The position numbers and the translations under genes are program-made. Shown here in pieces: positions 8,704 through 19,388 of a DNA stretch of 64,000 nt. This stretch comes from Myxococcota bacterium (GTDB taxonomy: Bacteria > Myxococcota_A > SURF-8 > G963663525). Under the pieces are notes generated by a model, which was not told where the DNA came from, did not search any database, and worked only from the letters and a program-made list of their open reading frames with translations. The stretch is from positions 32,001 through 96,000 of the forward strand of contig CAXXVK010000001.1 in assembly GCA_963676915.2 (NCBI GenBank). The letters are read 5' to 3'. Position 1 is the stretch's first letter; each line of letters opens with the position of its first letter.

Positions 8704-10497
8704 TCATCCGGGATAGCGACAGACCATGAATTTCTGCTGGTCGATGAACGCCGGATAGCGAAGTTCTCCCGTGTAGCGGTCGTTTTCCTTTACGAATTCG
8801 GGGAAGATCAACCCTCGTCCCAGAGGTGCCTGTTTGGTGCGTTCCTCGATTTCGGGTTTCAGCGGGTCTGTATAGCAGTACTTCTCTTTCAAGGCCATGG
8901 CGGCGGCTTTGTCACCGGCAGCCTTGATATTCGCCACCGTGCGCAGCATGTCTTCGATCACTTGGCCGAGTTTGTCGAAATCCAGCCCGAAACGGATGCG
9001 TCCGTCTTCTTCCTGCCGAGTAATAGCCCCCCGTTCGTCGAAGTAGTGCCACATCATCGTCCGAGCCTGCGTATGTGCCTGATTCGGCTCGAATTTCAGG
9101 GAAGTGATCATCGAAAGCAGCATGCTGTAATGGGACGCCTGCACCATGGCGGGTTCCACGATTCCGGCTTCTCCGATGCGCTCCGCCGCCCACATGCCGA
9201 ACAGTTCGGCGCGGGTTTCTTCGAGAGCGCTGTATTCGGCTTCGAGATAGTCACGAGGCTCGCCGGGGTGGTCCGGGTCTTGACGCCCGGTGGTATGGCC
9301 GATTTCGTGCAGCGCCGAGTGCAACTGCCCGGCATCGAAGATCTTTTCGCCCAGCGCCTCGACCGCTGATTTCGGTAGAAACTCGTTAGCGATCATCGTC
9401 CCGCTGATCGAATGCACGGCGCGTCCCGTGTTGCCATAGACCATATTGACGGTCCCTACATTTTTTCCGACCCATTCGTCGTTGGGCAGGGACTGGGCAA
9501 TGGTGGTCATCGGACCGGTGACGTAATCGCCGGTCCAGCAGGCGACATCCACGAATTTCAGCCGGGGCAGCGCTTCGGGATCGATCTCTTCCCTCCGCCA
9601 GTCCCAAGGCGCGTTCGCCTCCAGAGAGGGCACCTGAGCCACGATTTTCTGCAACAAGACTTCGGCATCGCGGTTGATCACGGTGACGTTACCGCTGGCC
9701 GCACCCTTGAAATTCTTCCAGTTGTCCAGATAGACCTCGATGGCGGTCGAAAGGATGATGTCGAAGGGGCTGTTGTGGCGAACCCAGTGATAATCCGCCA
9801 GACGGCGGGCTTCTTCGCTGCCGGTGTTCAGTTCCTCGATTTTGGCGTCAAGATAGATTTGGAAACTTATGTTGTCGCTCAACGCACGGGCTTTTCTCAG
9901 GTGACCGATTGCCTCTTGGCAGGCATCGCGGAACATTTCCTCGTTGGTTTGCACGCCCAACGTTCCGTCGTTTTTACGATAGATCATCGTGTTGACCTGC
10001 CGACCGGTTTCGCCCAGAGAGGCCAGTTCGTCTTCGGTCAGATCTTCGGGGTAGAAATTGGCTTTGTCGGGCAAGGGAACGAAATCGAAAAGGTAGGTTT
10101 GCACATGCTGAAACGTTTCCTTGAATCCGATCTGTTCCGCCAGTTCGGCGACCTGCTCGCGATTGCTCGACAAAATATGGTTTTTGCGCGGTAAAAACGA
10201 CCACGGTCCGTTTTGCAGATGCAGCAGGGTCCGGTAGTTGGAGAGATCCTCTTTCAGCTTCCCGGTGGCAGCTTCCACCAGGCGATCCAACAGTCCTGCC
10301 AACTCGCAGGTGACCGACGTCACTTGCTCGCGAAATACGGCGTTCATGGTTTCGGCGGCGGCGACAAGATGCCCTAACAACTGGATTTCATGGTCTGAAT
10401 AGCCTGAAAGGTCGAAAGCCACGGGCGCGATTCCGGCGCGGCGGGGCGGTTCGTCGGGCTGGCGATAGGGAACGAAAACGATGTCGGGCAGAGTCAT
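8704..10497 (-). CDS. Dipeptidyl-peptidase III / peptidase M49-like Zn hydrolase
   Basis: ANFYPEDLT, AQSLPND, LHEIGH and LEETRAE motifs; start chosen at MTLPD after an AGGAAGG RBS. Confidence 0.82.
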   Translation of the reverse strand: MTLPDIVFVPYRQPDEPPRRAGIAPVAFDLSGYSDHEIQLLGHLVAAAETMNAVFREQVTSVTCELAGLLDRLVEAATGKLKEDLSNYRTLLHLQNGPWSFLPRKNHILSSNREQVAELAEQIGFKETFQHVQTYLFDFVPLPDKANFYPEDLTEDELASLGETGRQVNTMIYRKNDGTLGVQTNEEMFRDACQEAIGHLRKARALSDNISFQIYLDAKIEELNTGSEEARRLADYHWVRHNSPFDIILSTAIEVYLDNWKNFKGAASGNVTVINRDAEVLLQKIVAQVPSLEANAPWDWRREEIDPEALPRLKFVDVACWTGDYVTGPMTTIAQSLPNDEWVGKNVGTVNMVYGNTGRAVHSISGTMIANEFLPKSAVEALGEKIFDAGQLHSALHEIGHTTGRQDPDHPGEPRDYLEAEYSALEETRAELFGMWAAERIGEAGIVEPAMVQASHYSMLLSMITSLKFEPNQAHTQARTMMWHYFDERGAITRQEEDGRIRFGLDFDKLGQVIEDMLRTVANIKAAGDKAAAMALKEKYCYTDPLKPEIEERTKQAPLGRGLIFPEFVKENDRYTGELRYPAFIDQQKFMVCRYPG

Positions 10498-10654
10498 GGG
10501 AACCTTCCTGAACGTTCGGGGTTTCGCCCGAAAATAACGGGCATTCTTGACGTAAAGCAAGTCTAACGAAGTTAGGGCCGACGTCAAGTCTAACAAACAA
10601 ATCCGACCTGATTTTTACCGTTTTGTAGGAAATTCGAACGAAATGGACCGACCG

Positions 10655-10909
10655 TCAGGGGGTGAAGATCATCGGTTCCCCGAAAGGCTTGATGCCGCTT
10701 TCGGGATCGAGCGTGGCATGGATGCAAACCACCTGTTTTTCCCCGTCTTCGATGAGCTTTTGCACCGTCGGTTCGAACGACGGCAATTCCTCGGCAGAGG
10801 CGGTGAACAAAGTTTGTTCGCGGTCGAGTCCCAGATCTCGGCTCATCCGTTCTTCGTCGAAATCCTCGGGGCGCTCGTTCAAGTTGCAGATATAGATCAC
10901 GGTTTTCAC
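10655..10909 (-). CDS. Small acidic hypothetical protein
   Basis: Protein-like composition; GAGG before a GTG start; co-oriented with the M49 gene. Confidence 0.55.
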   Translation of the reverse strand: MKTVIYICNLNERPEDFDEERMSRDLGLDREQTLFTASAEELPSFEPTVQKLIEDGEKQVVCIHATLDPESGIKPFGEPMIFTP

Positions 10910-11185
10910 GGCGGATTCCTCGCTAGGTTTTACCAATCACCTCGAATATCCTAAGGCAGACGCTTGTCCAATGCAAGGAGGGAAACCGGTTGTGGCAGAA
11001 ATTCAAAAGATTTCGAATAGATTCGGAGACTTGACACGTGTCGGATCTGCTCGTTCTTATTCCAAAACAAACGCATCGGGAATTGACAGTTCAAGCCTCG
11101 TTTGGTACTGATAGAACTTGTACCCGTGTCATTGGGATACGGGCAACGGTGGTTTTGCGCCCATTAGTTTCCTTCGAGGGCTGCT

Positions 11186-13192
11186 ATGTATCGAATGTCG
11201 AATCTCCTCATGCTGTTGTTGGTCGGGTTCCTCCTGCTGGCCGGGTTTTCCTGCGGGTCGGACGACAGTTCCGCTTCCGGCAATACCTCCGACGGAACCT
11301 GCTCCGTGCATACCGACTGCTTCACCCCTTTCGAGCAATGCGATGCGACGAGCCAGCGCTGCGTGCTGCAATTCCTCCCCTGCGACGACCAGGGCAACTG
11401 CCTGCCGTCCTACGAATGCCGGGAGGTGAGCTACGAATTCCCGCTGTGTATGCCGGTTTCGAATGGCTCCACCGATGGAGACGAAGAAGAAGACAGCGAT
11501 GTGGAAAGCTGCCCCAGCGGTACGGTTTTAAATGGAGAGGGCGACTGCATCACCGTGGAATGCTACAACAACGATGACTGCGACGACAACCGCATCTGCA
11601 ACCGCGACACCTACAAATGTGAAGAACAGGTTTGCGAACCCGCCTGTACCGACGAGCAGGAATGCGTGGACGGTAGCTGCGTCATCAAAGAATGCTACAG
11701 CGATTCCGACTGTTCCCCCGACAAAGAATGCGCCGTGGACAACGACGGACGCCGCATCTGCACGCAGATCGTCTGCTACCGGGATGAAGTCTGCCGCAGC
11801 GATTACGTTTGCGAGGATCGGCAGTGCGTCGCGCCCTGCACGGATTCCGAGGGCGACAACCCCTGCACCGAAGGCGAATTGTGCCAGGAAGGTCACTGCA
11901 TCGTTCCGGTACCCGAATGCACCGGCGATCTGGAATGCCCGGAGCAGCAGATCTGCAACGAGTATTTTCTCTGCCAGATCGGTGCGGCCTGCACGTTGGA
12001 CGCCGAATGCGGTGACAGACGCCGCTGTGGTCGAAACGATGTCTGCGTCCACGAAGGCTGTTACGACGACGACGACTGCACCGACGATATTGGAATGCTC
12101 TGCGATCCCACCGACCGCCAATGCAAATACAAAACGCCGACCGGTGCGACCTGTGCCGACTCGGACCAGTGCCTCGACGCGGATATCTGTCGGGAAACGG
12201 TCTGCACCCGAATCTGCGACATTTACCTGGGCGACGAGCAATGCCCGGTCGAAGGGACCATCTGCGCATTCAATCCCGATGGCCAGGTGGAAGACCGCCT
12301 GAAGCACATCTGTATCCCACCCACCGGTGGATTGGGTCTTTCGGCATCCTGCAATAGCGGGATCTGCGAACGAAATCTCGTCTGCGACCCGTTGAGCATG
12401 ACCTGTGAATCCGTTTGCGATCCGGACGCCGAGACGGACACCTGCACCGGCGGCGATGTCTGCCTGTTCCAGGAATCGATCGGATACGGTCTGTGCCGAG
12501 AACCACCTTGCGATCCCGTGGAAAATCCCTGCTCGACCGCCATGAAACCTTTTTGCTACATGGGTGAATGCGTGGAATGCGGTGTGGACGACCATTGCTC
12601 TTCCACCAAAGTCTGCGAGGCGAACGAGTGCGTGTTCGGTTGCGATGTCACGGGATGCACCGGAACGAACCAATTCTGCGTGGACAACCGCTGCGAGGAA
12701 GTCTGCTTCCCGGCCTGTGTGGAAGATGAACTGTGCCAGGATGGCGTTTGCGTCCCCCGCGAATGCACCCCGCCCTGTGAAGCGCCGTATTACTGCGAAT
12801 CGGGCCGTTGCGTGACCCGCGACTGCCGGGAGCTGGGCTTTGTCTGCGAAATCGACCTGTGGATCTGCAATGCCGATACGGGCGAATGCGAAGAACCCGA
12901 CTGCCCGGAATGCGGAGCTAACCAGTGCTGCACCCGATGGACGGACTACCTATGCAGCGATTGGTGTTACACCTGTCACAGAGATAATCCCACGGGAACC
13001 TGTCCGGAACTGCAATACTGCGACGAGGGCACCTGCCTCGACATTCCGCCGGTAGGCCAGGGAAAAGCCTGCGGCGCGGTTGCCGACCCTGCGGGAACTC
13101 CCTGCGAGGAAGGGCTAACCTGCTGCGAGCTGTTCCCCGGTTCGGGTGGAAAATGCTGCGAAGCGTGCAGTTATGACGGAAGCTGCTTGTAA
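11186..13192 (+). CDS. Cysteine-rich repeat lipoprotein
   Basis: Lipobox-like GFS-C followed by many CxxDxxC...C repeats. Confidence 0.85.
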   Translation: MYRMSNLLMLLLVGFLLLAGFSCGSDDSSASGNTSDGTCSVHTDCFTPFEQCDATSQRCVLQFLPCDDQGNCLPSYECREVSYEFPLCMPVSNGSTDGDEEEDSDVESCPSGTVLNGEGDCITVECYNNDDCDDNRICNRDTYKCEEQVCEPACTDEQECVDGSCVIKECYSDSDCSPDKECAVDNDGRRICTQIVCYRDEVCRSDYVCEDRQCVAPCTDSEGDNPCTEGELCQEGHCIVPVPECTGDLECPEQQICNEYFLCQIGAACTLDAECGDRRRCGRNDVCVHEGCYDDDDCTDDIGMLCDPTDRQCKYKTPTGATCADSDQCLDADICRETVCTRICDIYLGDEQCPVEGTICAFNPDGQVEDRLKHICIPPTGGLGLSASCNSGICERNLVCDPLSMTCESVCDPDAETDTCTGGDVCLFQESIGYGLCREPPCDPVENPCSTAMKPFCYMGECVECGVDDHCSSTKVCEANECVFGCDVTGCTGTNQFCVDNRCEEVCFPACVEDELCQDGVCVPRECTPPCEAPYYCESGRCVTRDCRELGFVCEIDLWICNADTGECEEPDCPECGANQCCTRWTDYLCSDWCYTCHRDNPTGTCPELQYCDEGTCLDIPPVGQGKACGAVADPAGTPCEEGLTCCELFPGSGGKCCEACSYDGSCL

Positions 13193-13228
13193 AAATGTCG
13201 GAAATGTGAATCAATACAAGAACGAGCC

Positions 13229-13522
13229 ATGCCGGAAAACACCCCCAAGTCTCGTGCCGTTCATCTTTGGATCAGCGGACGGGTGCAAGGAGTGGCTTTT
13301 CGCGCCGCAACGCAACGCGAGGCTCAAAAACTTGGAATTTCGGGTTGGGTGAGAAATCTTTACGATGGCCGCGTGGAAGCGGTGGCTTATGGGGAAAACT
13401 TGAATGATTTCCTTGTGTTTTGCCATCGAGGACCGGCGTGGGCACGTGTGGATGACATCGACATCCAGCCGATCGACGCCGGGGATGTACCCGAGGGGTT
13501 CGTTATTCGGCGGGATGGATGA
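13229..13522 (+). CDS. acyP: Acylphosphatase
   Basis: SGRVQGVAFR and GWVRNLYDGRVE signatures; GPAWARV. Confidence 0.93.
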   Translation: MPENTPKSRAVHLWISGRVQGVAFRAATQREAQKLGISGWVRNLYDGRVEAVAYGENLNDFLVFCHRGPAWARVDDIDIQPIDAGDVPEGFVIRRDG

Positions 13523-13561
13523 AAATCTCGGCGGCGACCTGCCGAGATCGTAGGAGTAACC

Positions 13562-14665
13562 ATGAGTCTGGAACTGCTTTCCCGTTTGCTGAAAAATCCG
13601 CCAACCGATATCAAAGAAGACGAACTGTACCGGTTGCGCCTGAACTTCAATCATTTCGGTCTGGATTTTCTCACCAACAACCAGGATCTTTACGAACTGG
13701 TCAAAGCCTATCATGCGGCCTTTCTCGTAACGGAAGCCCAGAACCCTGCCAACAGCACGGTTTATGCCATTCACGCTCCGGGCTTGCGTTCGCATCACAT
13801 GATGCGGGATTTTTCGCGGGTCGAACGAGGCCAGAAAATCAAGGAAGAATTCGCCGACATCTACGAAGGCCGTCTAGTCCGTAAAAAACGAACCGGCGTC
13901 GAGATGTTTTTCGACGGCCACAATCACCTGATATATGGCTCCCTTTCGGACAACCTGCACCAGGTCAACAATTTCATCAACGTGGTGTATTCGCGCCACT
14001 ATCTGGTGCAAAAAGGCTATCTACTCTGGAATACCGCCGCTTTCGGGTCGGGATTCGATAGTGATGGCGTGGTGGCTTTTGCCGGGCTGGACGGCTCCAG
14101 CCTCAGTTCGGCGATGATGCGTTTTATGGAACGCGGGTACGGCTTCTGCACCTTCGACCGGCTGATGATCAAGGCCGAAGGCGATCAGGTCAACGTGCTG
14201 GGCTACCCCACGCTTCCGGCGGTCAACGCCGCCATGCTACTGGGCAACCCCAACCTGAGCCAGATGCTTTCCGCCAAGGAAATCGAAAAACTCGAATCGA
14301 TTCCCAAAGCGCAACTGATGAATTCGACGCAACGCTATTATGTGGATATCGCTCGACTTTTCGGGAAACAGAAATACCGGATCCGTGGTTGTTTGAAAGC
14401 GCTGTACCTGATCAAATGGACCACCGACCGCAGCCAGCAATCCCGCATCCGCGAGCTGAAGCCCCAGGAAACCATGAAAGAGCTGTCGATGTATTACAAA
14501 GACCTCGGGGTGTTCGATCTCAACAACACGCGGGGTGAACGGCTGGTGGCTCCCAACTGGATGCAGTTGCGGCGGATCTTCGATCACATCCGTATGTTCT
14601 CGATCGAGGGGCTGGTTTCGTTCGACGAATTCGCCAACCATGTGAAATTCCACGATCTTCCGTAG
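13562..14665 (+). CDS. HprK-related kinase B homolog with a degenerate P-loop
   Basis: KEEFAD..GRLVRKKRTG and NLHQVNNFIN resemble HprK-related kinase B; the Walker A position reads GLDGSSLSS. Confidence 0.65.
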   Translation: MSLELLSRLLKNPPTDIKEDELYRLRLNFNHFGLDFLTNNQDLYELVKAYHAAFLVTEAQNPANSTVYAIHAPGLRSHHMMRDFSRVERGQKIKEEFADIYEGRLVRKKRTGVEMFFDGHNHLIYGSLSDNLHQVNNFINVVYSRHYLVQKGYLLWNTAAFGSGFDSDGVVAFAGLDGSSLSSAMMRFMERGYGFCTFDRLMIKAEGDQVNVLGYPTLPAVNAAMLLGNPNLSQMLSAKEIEKLESIPKAQLMNSTQRYYVDIARLFGKQKYRIRGCLKALYLIKWTTDRSQQSRIRELKPQETMKELSMYYKDLGVFDLNNTRGERLVAPNWMQLRRIFDHIRMFSIEGLVSFDEFANHVKFHDLP

Positions 14666-14702
14666 ATCTATCCACGTTTTCAAAGAAGATCGGATGAAAG
14701 AA

Positions 14703-14773
14703 GTAGGTCGGGCAAATTTCTTGCCCGACACCCTGGCATTGTCCCTAAGCTCGAGCAGGATTGCATTTTGCTC
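14703..14773 (+). repeat. Class A REP (14703-14729) plus a degenerate class B REP (14753-14773)
   Basis: GTAGGTCGGGCAAATTTCTTGCCCGAC, then CCCTGGCATTGTC, then GAGCAGGATTGCATTTTGCTC. Confidence 0.85.
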
Positions 14774-14857
14774 CCCATGTTTTATTATTTTAATCTCACG
14801 CAGGTCCGTAACCTTAACCCGGCCTACATGAGATGCATATTCGTTGGTTCAGGACTC

Positions 14858-15724
14858 ATGGCGAAGAAAAAAAAGAAAAAACAACCGGAAAACGAGGCCG
14901 ATACTCCTTCCAAGCTGAACCAACAGGCGTTCTCCAAACTGAAAGATCACTTCCGACCGGCGTCTTCCGATAAGGAAGAACAAACGCCACCCCCGCCCAA
15001 GAAAAAAGCCGCACCCGCAAAAAAAACACCTTTACGGCGGCGGGATCTTCCCGAGAATGCCGAAAAGCCGGAAGTCGGCGACGAAAAGCTGTTTTCCTGG
15101 TGGATGCGCGGCACGACGCCTCTGGAGGAAACCAAGCAAGGGCGCTCGTTCAAAAAGAGCCGCGACCGCTCCATCGTGGAAAACGAGGCACGCCTGCGCA
15201 AACACGCGATGATGGCCGGTGTCCCGGACGAGGAGCAGGACCGGGCGTTCATCGACGTGATGCAGGCCGAAGACGACCCTTCCCTGTTCGCCGAGGCGGT
15301 GGACCCGATTCAGCCGGGCGAGCGCCTGGCCCGAAAAATTCGTCGCGAGGAAGAACGGCTGTTCGCCGAAGCCATCGAAAAACTGGACGACGACGACATG
15401 GCCCGCCATGCCAGGCATGAGGAACCGAAAGAGGACGAACCGGATGTCGGCATCGAAGACCGCCTGGACCTGCACGGCCTGTCCAAAGAAAGCGCCTTGC
15501 GGTTTCTCGATAGCTGGTTGTGGACACGCCACCTCGAAGGCGCGAGAAAAGTGCTGATCGTGACGGGAAAAGGCAACAAATCTCCCCAGGGCACCGGCGT
15601 GCTACGGGATCGGGTCAAGCAGTATTTCAACGAAAACCCCCGGCGCATCATCCGATCGTTCGAACGGGCAAAAGGCTCCGAAGGAGGTAGAGGGGCTTGG
15701 GTGGTGGAGTTGAAGCCTCGGTGA
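14858..15724 (+). CDS. Smr domain (small MutS-related) protein
   Basis: C-terminal LDLHGL, VLIVTGKG and GGRGAWVV motifs. Confidence 0.88.
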   Translation: MAKKKKKKQPENEADTPSKLNQQAFSKLKDHFRPASSDKEEQTPPPPKKKAAPAKKTPLRRRDLPENAEKPEVGDEKLFSWWMRGTTPLEETKQGRSFKKSRDRSIVENEARLRKHAMMAGVPDEEQDRAFIDVMQAEDDPSLFAEAVDPIQPGERLARKIRREEERLFAEAIEKLDDDDMARHARHEEPKEDEPDVGIEDRLDLHGLSKESALRFLDSWLWTRHLEGARKVLIVTGKGNKSPQGTGVLRDRVKQYFNENPRRIIRSFERAKGSEGGRGAWVVELKPR

Positions 15725-15911
15725 GGTCAGTTCGGTTTTTAAGTTTATTATCGAATGAGTAGATCTTCATAAAAATATCATTGTATATGTTTTTCCTTTA
15801 TTAATTGTCGATAAATATGCTAACTAGATTTATAAGTTTACTTTAAAAAAACAGCAGTCAGTATTCACACAAAAAGATTTATGATAAATCTATATGTTAA
15901 TGAGGTGAATT

Positions 15912-17378
15912 ATGCCGGAAGTATCCTTTTCTGAAGTAGAAATTCAAAAACTATTTGGACATGAAGCTGCCGAAGACGAAACTCCAGAACGACTTCGAGA
16001 ATACTATTTCAAGAGTAGTACTTACGATCAGGTCGTTGTTGATTTACCTCTTCGTATTTTAGTGGGACACAAAGGGATTGGAAAATCAGCCCTATTTCAA
16101 ATTGCAATGCTAGAAGACAAAGAAAAGAATGCTATTCAAATTTTAATCAAACCAGATGACATAGTTGATCTCAATATTGCAGAAGATAACTTTTTAAAAA
16201 TCATTCGTGATTGGAAAATTGGATTAAAAGAGATAATTGCGGAAAAAGTCCTTTGCTCATTTGGTGCGGATAGTAGTGATATAAAAAGTCAATTGCAAAA
16301 ATATGGGGGGAAAATAATCGATTATATCAAGGGAACTCTTGTTAAAAATAAAATTAATTACACCCCAACTAATCAATTGCTCATTGATCAGTTTTTAAAA
16401 ACAGGAGAAATAAAAGTATATATTGATGACCTCGATCGCGGGTGGGAAGGAAGAAAAAAAGATGTCAATAATATTTCTGCCTTACTAAATGCAACAAGAG
16501 ATTTAGTTAAAGAGCATAGAGGGCTTAATTTTAGAATAGGTTTACGTTCTGATGTATATTATTTGGCAAGAACTTCCGATGAATCAACAGATAAGATTGA
16601 AAGTTCTGTAATATGGCAAACGTGGACTAATCATGAAATTTTTGTTCTACTTATTAAACGCATAGAAACTTTTTTCGGACGCCAAGTAGATGAAAAAGAA
16701 CTTTTAAAAACACGACAACTGCTTTTATCTCACTATCTAGACGATATAATGGAGCGTAGGTTTACCGGACACGGCCATTGGGAAAAAGCTCCAATTTATC
16801 GGGTTCTAATGTCCCTCATAAGAAAACGCCCAAGAGATTTAGTAAAACTATGCACTCTTGCTGCTAGAAAAGCCCGTGAGTTAGATTTGAACAAAATCAA
16901 TACTGATTGCTTTAAGTCTGTTTTCTCTGAGTATTCTCAAGGACGTCTTCAAGATACAATTAACGAATTTCGCTCGGAATTGCCTGATATTCAGCGGCTA
17001 TTGATGAATATGAAGCCCAATAAAAAGGAAAGACAAGCAAGCCTTGGGTATTTATATTCAACTGATAAACTTATTAAAAAAATAGACAATATAAAGAGAA
17101 TGGGCGAATTTACATTCCCTTCAAAATCTGGCTTTGTTAGTAGTAAAGAATTGGCTGCATTCATGTACAAAATTAACTTCCTAACAGCTAGAAAAGAAAC
17201 AAAAAAAGGAATTGATCGGAAGTATTTTGAAGAAAATCGCTATTTATTTAATGAATTTTCAGATTTTGGCTATGATTGGGAGATTCACCCTGCTTATAGA
17301 TGGGCCCTTCAACCTTCGACTCCTCAAGATATTTATTCTGGCGTAGAACTAAGTTGCGATGATAAAATAATTTCGTAA
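15912..17378 (+). CDS. P-loop ATPase (Sll1717/FunZ-like), AT-rich
   Basis: FGHEAAEDE N-terminus, Walker A GHKGIGKS, Walker B VYIDDLD, LRSDVY and RPRD motifs; GAGGTG RBS. Confidence 0.8.
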   Translation: MPEVSFSEVEIQKLFGHEAAEDETPERLREYYFKSSTYDQVVVDLPLRILVGHKGIGKSALFQIAMLEDKEKNAIQILIKPDDIVDLNIAEDNFLKIIRDWKIGLKEIIAEKVLCSFGADSSDIKSQLQKYGGKIIDYIKGTLVKNKINYTPTNQLLIDQFLKTGEIKVYIDDLDRGWEGRKKDVNNISALLNATRDLVKEHRGLNFRIGLRSDVYYLARTSDESTDKIESSVIWQTWTNHEIFVLLIKRIETFFGRQVDEKELLKTRQLLLSHYLDDIMERRFTGHGHWEKAPIYRVLMSLIRKRPRDLVKLCTLAARKARELDLNKINTDCFKSVFSEYSQGRLQDTINEFRSELPDIQRLLMNMKPNKKERQASLGYLYSTDKLIKKIDNIKRMGEFTFPSKSGFVSSKELAAFMYKINFLTARKETKKGIDRKYFEENRYLFNEFSDFGYDWEIHPAYRWALQPSTPQDIYSGVELSCDDKIIS

Positions 17379-17941
17379 TTTTCCTCCCCTCTCCCAATTC
17401 ACGCCGATTCGGAGGGTTTTACGCAAATCTGCGCCATCTCGCTGTGTGCCGCGTCTGTGCGGGTCAAACCACGTCGAACCCTGCCGTTTTGTGCTCGAAG
17501 ACCACCCTTTGTGCGGCACATTGTGCTGTCATATATGACGGATTCTGCAACATATAACAGAAAACAGCCGTTTTTCGGGGAAAACGCAGATTCGTGTCTG
17601 CTGGACGTTTTTGCGTCATCTCCTCCGATTCGACGTGAAACGACACGAAACGACGCAAATGGTTCCATGGGAAGAAAAACAGGTCGAATAGTTCTTTTAC
17701 CCGACCTATGAAACCTGATGTCAACGTATCGAAAAAACAGTGGTTGGAATGGATGCTTTGAGAGCGATTTTCAGATCCCTAGAAGTCATCCTAAAAATAC
17801 CGACCGAGGATTTCGAGGTGATTTCGAGACGAATTCGTCGTTGGCGAGACGCGGAATACCGGGAGTCTTTCAAGTCGAGACCGGCGGAGAAGGCGACAGG
17901 AGTGTATTTTTAGGATGGCTTCTACTCTTTGTATCGTGGGT

Positions 17942-18352
17942 TCAATCGATTGTCGCAACCGAAACGATTGGCGAGTTGTCGTCACTGGGTTTAATCGGTG
18001 TGGAGGAAAGAGCCGACGCCTCGGAATCCACGACCGAATCGGCGGAACTATGACCGTGTCGTCCGTGCCATCCCTTCGGGTCATGATCATTCGGCACCAG
18101 AATCGCAACCAACGTTACGACAAGGAAAACAATGGTCAAAACGGCTCCAAGCGGACGTTTGAGATGACGAGTCAAGGGTTTCCAGTTCGCCACACAATGT
18201 AATGCACAACCCAAAATGAAAACCAGGCTGAATATTTCATGAGCAGGCTTTACAAATCCGCCGTGAAAGCCGAAGAACATCAAAAGGCCGGTAGCGGTGA
18301 CGACAACAAAAGAAGCGATGGTCAATGGGGATGCAAAATTTCTGAGTTTCAT
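17942..18352 (-). CDS. DUF4405-like membrane protein
   Basis: TGLLMFF...HE.FSLVF.....LH...NWK pattern with three TM segments; AGGAG RBS. Confidence 0.7.
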   Translation of the reverse strand: MKLRNFASPLTIASFVVVTATGLLMFFGFHGGFVKPAHEIFSLVFILGCALHCVANWKPLTRHLKRPLGAVLTIVFLVVTLVAILVPNDHDPKGWHGRHGHSSADSVVDSEASALSSTPIKPSDDNSPIVSVATID

Positions 18353-18501
18353 CGTGTGCTCCTTGTAACTACATGAACCCCTACAGGTGTTTTCTTAGTA
18401 AACAAGACGCACGAAGGACCGTTTTGTTACAGGATGAAATGAAAATAGATGCCCCGCCGCTTCGATCTCTTATATGAAACGACGATTGCCTGCTTCCCTA
18501 T

Positions 18502-19269
18502 TTATTCCTCTTCCAGCCACAGGTTGGCAAGCCCCTGAACGTCCGTGGAAGACACCCAGAGACCGTCGGGGTAGCGGTCGGTGAATTCGGTGGTCAGGGA
18601 AATGGTGAACGGCGCGACGGCAACCCCCGCCAGCACGCTCGCAAGGTTGCCGAAACCGAGATCGGACAGCTTGACCTCGACGTACAGGTTTCCGTCGTAA
18701 TCCATTGAAGTGCTTAGAGAATCCGGGATCGTAGCAATGGACCAATGGCAACCCGCGTGCTTGCGGGCGCTCGTGCAGTCGGCGTTCCAGTAGCTCAGCA
18801 CACCGTCATTGAACCGCACGGTATGCCCGACGATCGACGTATCGCCCGGAATCAAAAACAGCTCGTACGATCCCCCTTCCGGCAGGCCATTCGCCAGCAA
18901 CACGCGACAGGTCAACAGGTCGCCGTTACGGTAGTATTCGAGTGCCAGGATATCGGCCTCGCAAGCGGCGTCGGTGGTGGCGCAGTCGCCGGAGTCGTCG
19001 CCGCCCTCAACCAAGGCTCGCCAGGGCAGAGACTCTTCCGCTTCGGCTTCTTCTTCGATCTCCTCGCCGTCGTCGTCCCCTTGCGCTTCGACCTCATCCG
19101 CATCGCCGGACATCGGGGTTTCGGTGTCGATGTCCGCAACGCTTTCGCCTTCGGCGTCGGTATCGCCACCGGTCGGGTTCGAGTCATCGTCGCCACCGCA
19201 GGCTGTTACTCCGACCAAAGCCACCAGTAACAGTCCCACCAACCCTTGGAACGAACTTTTCATCGGCAT
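18502..19269 (-). CDS. Hypothetical lipoprotein
   Basis: Lipobox VTA-C, acidic linker, globular beta-rich C-terminal domain. Confidence 0.75.
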   Translation of the reverse strand: MPMKSSFQGLVGLLLVALVGVTACGGDDDSNPTGGDTDAEGESVADIDTETPMSGDADEVEAQGDDDGEEIEEEAEAEESLPWRALVEGGDDSGDCATTDAACEADILALEYYRNGDLLTCRVLLANGLPEGGSYELFLIPGDTSIVGHTVRFNDGVLSYWNADCTSARKHAGCHWSIATIPDSLSTSMDYDGNLYVEVKLSDLGFGNLASVLAGVAVAPFTISLTTEFTDRYPDGLWVSSTDVQGLANLWLEEE

Positions 19270-19388
19270 CGAATTTCTCTCTTCTTCGTATTACTAATAA
19301 TATTTACGTGCTACGACAAGGTAACACGGTTTTCCTGGTGGCGCAACGGAAAAGCCGAGGAGAAGCGATGATTCAATTCTTGAAGAAT

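Noticed and set aside
17379-17940. Non-coding stretch with a 12-bp palindrome GTCATATATGAC (17528-17539) and a degenerate REP near 17680-17708, as a possible dif/att site or ncRNA
   Set aside because: It does not match the XerC/XerD dif consensus, no matching att copy was seen left of the ATPase, and no recognisable RNA structure was found.
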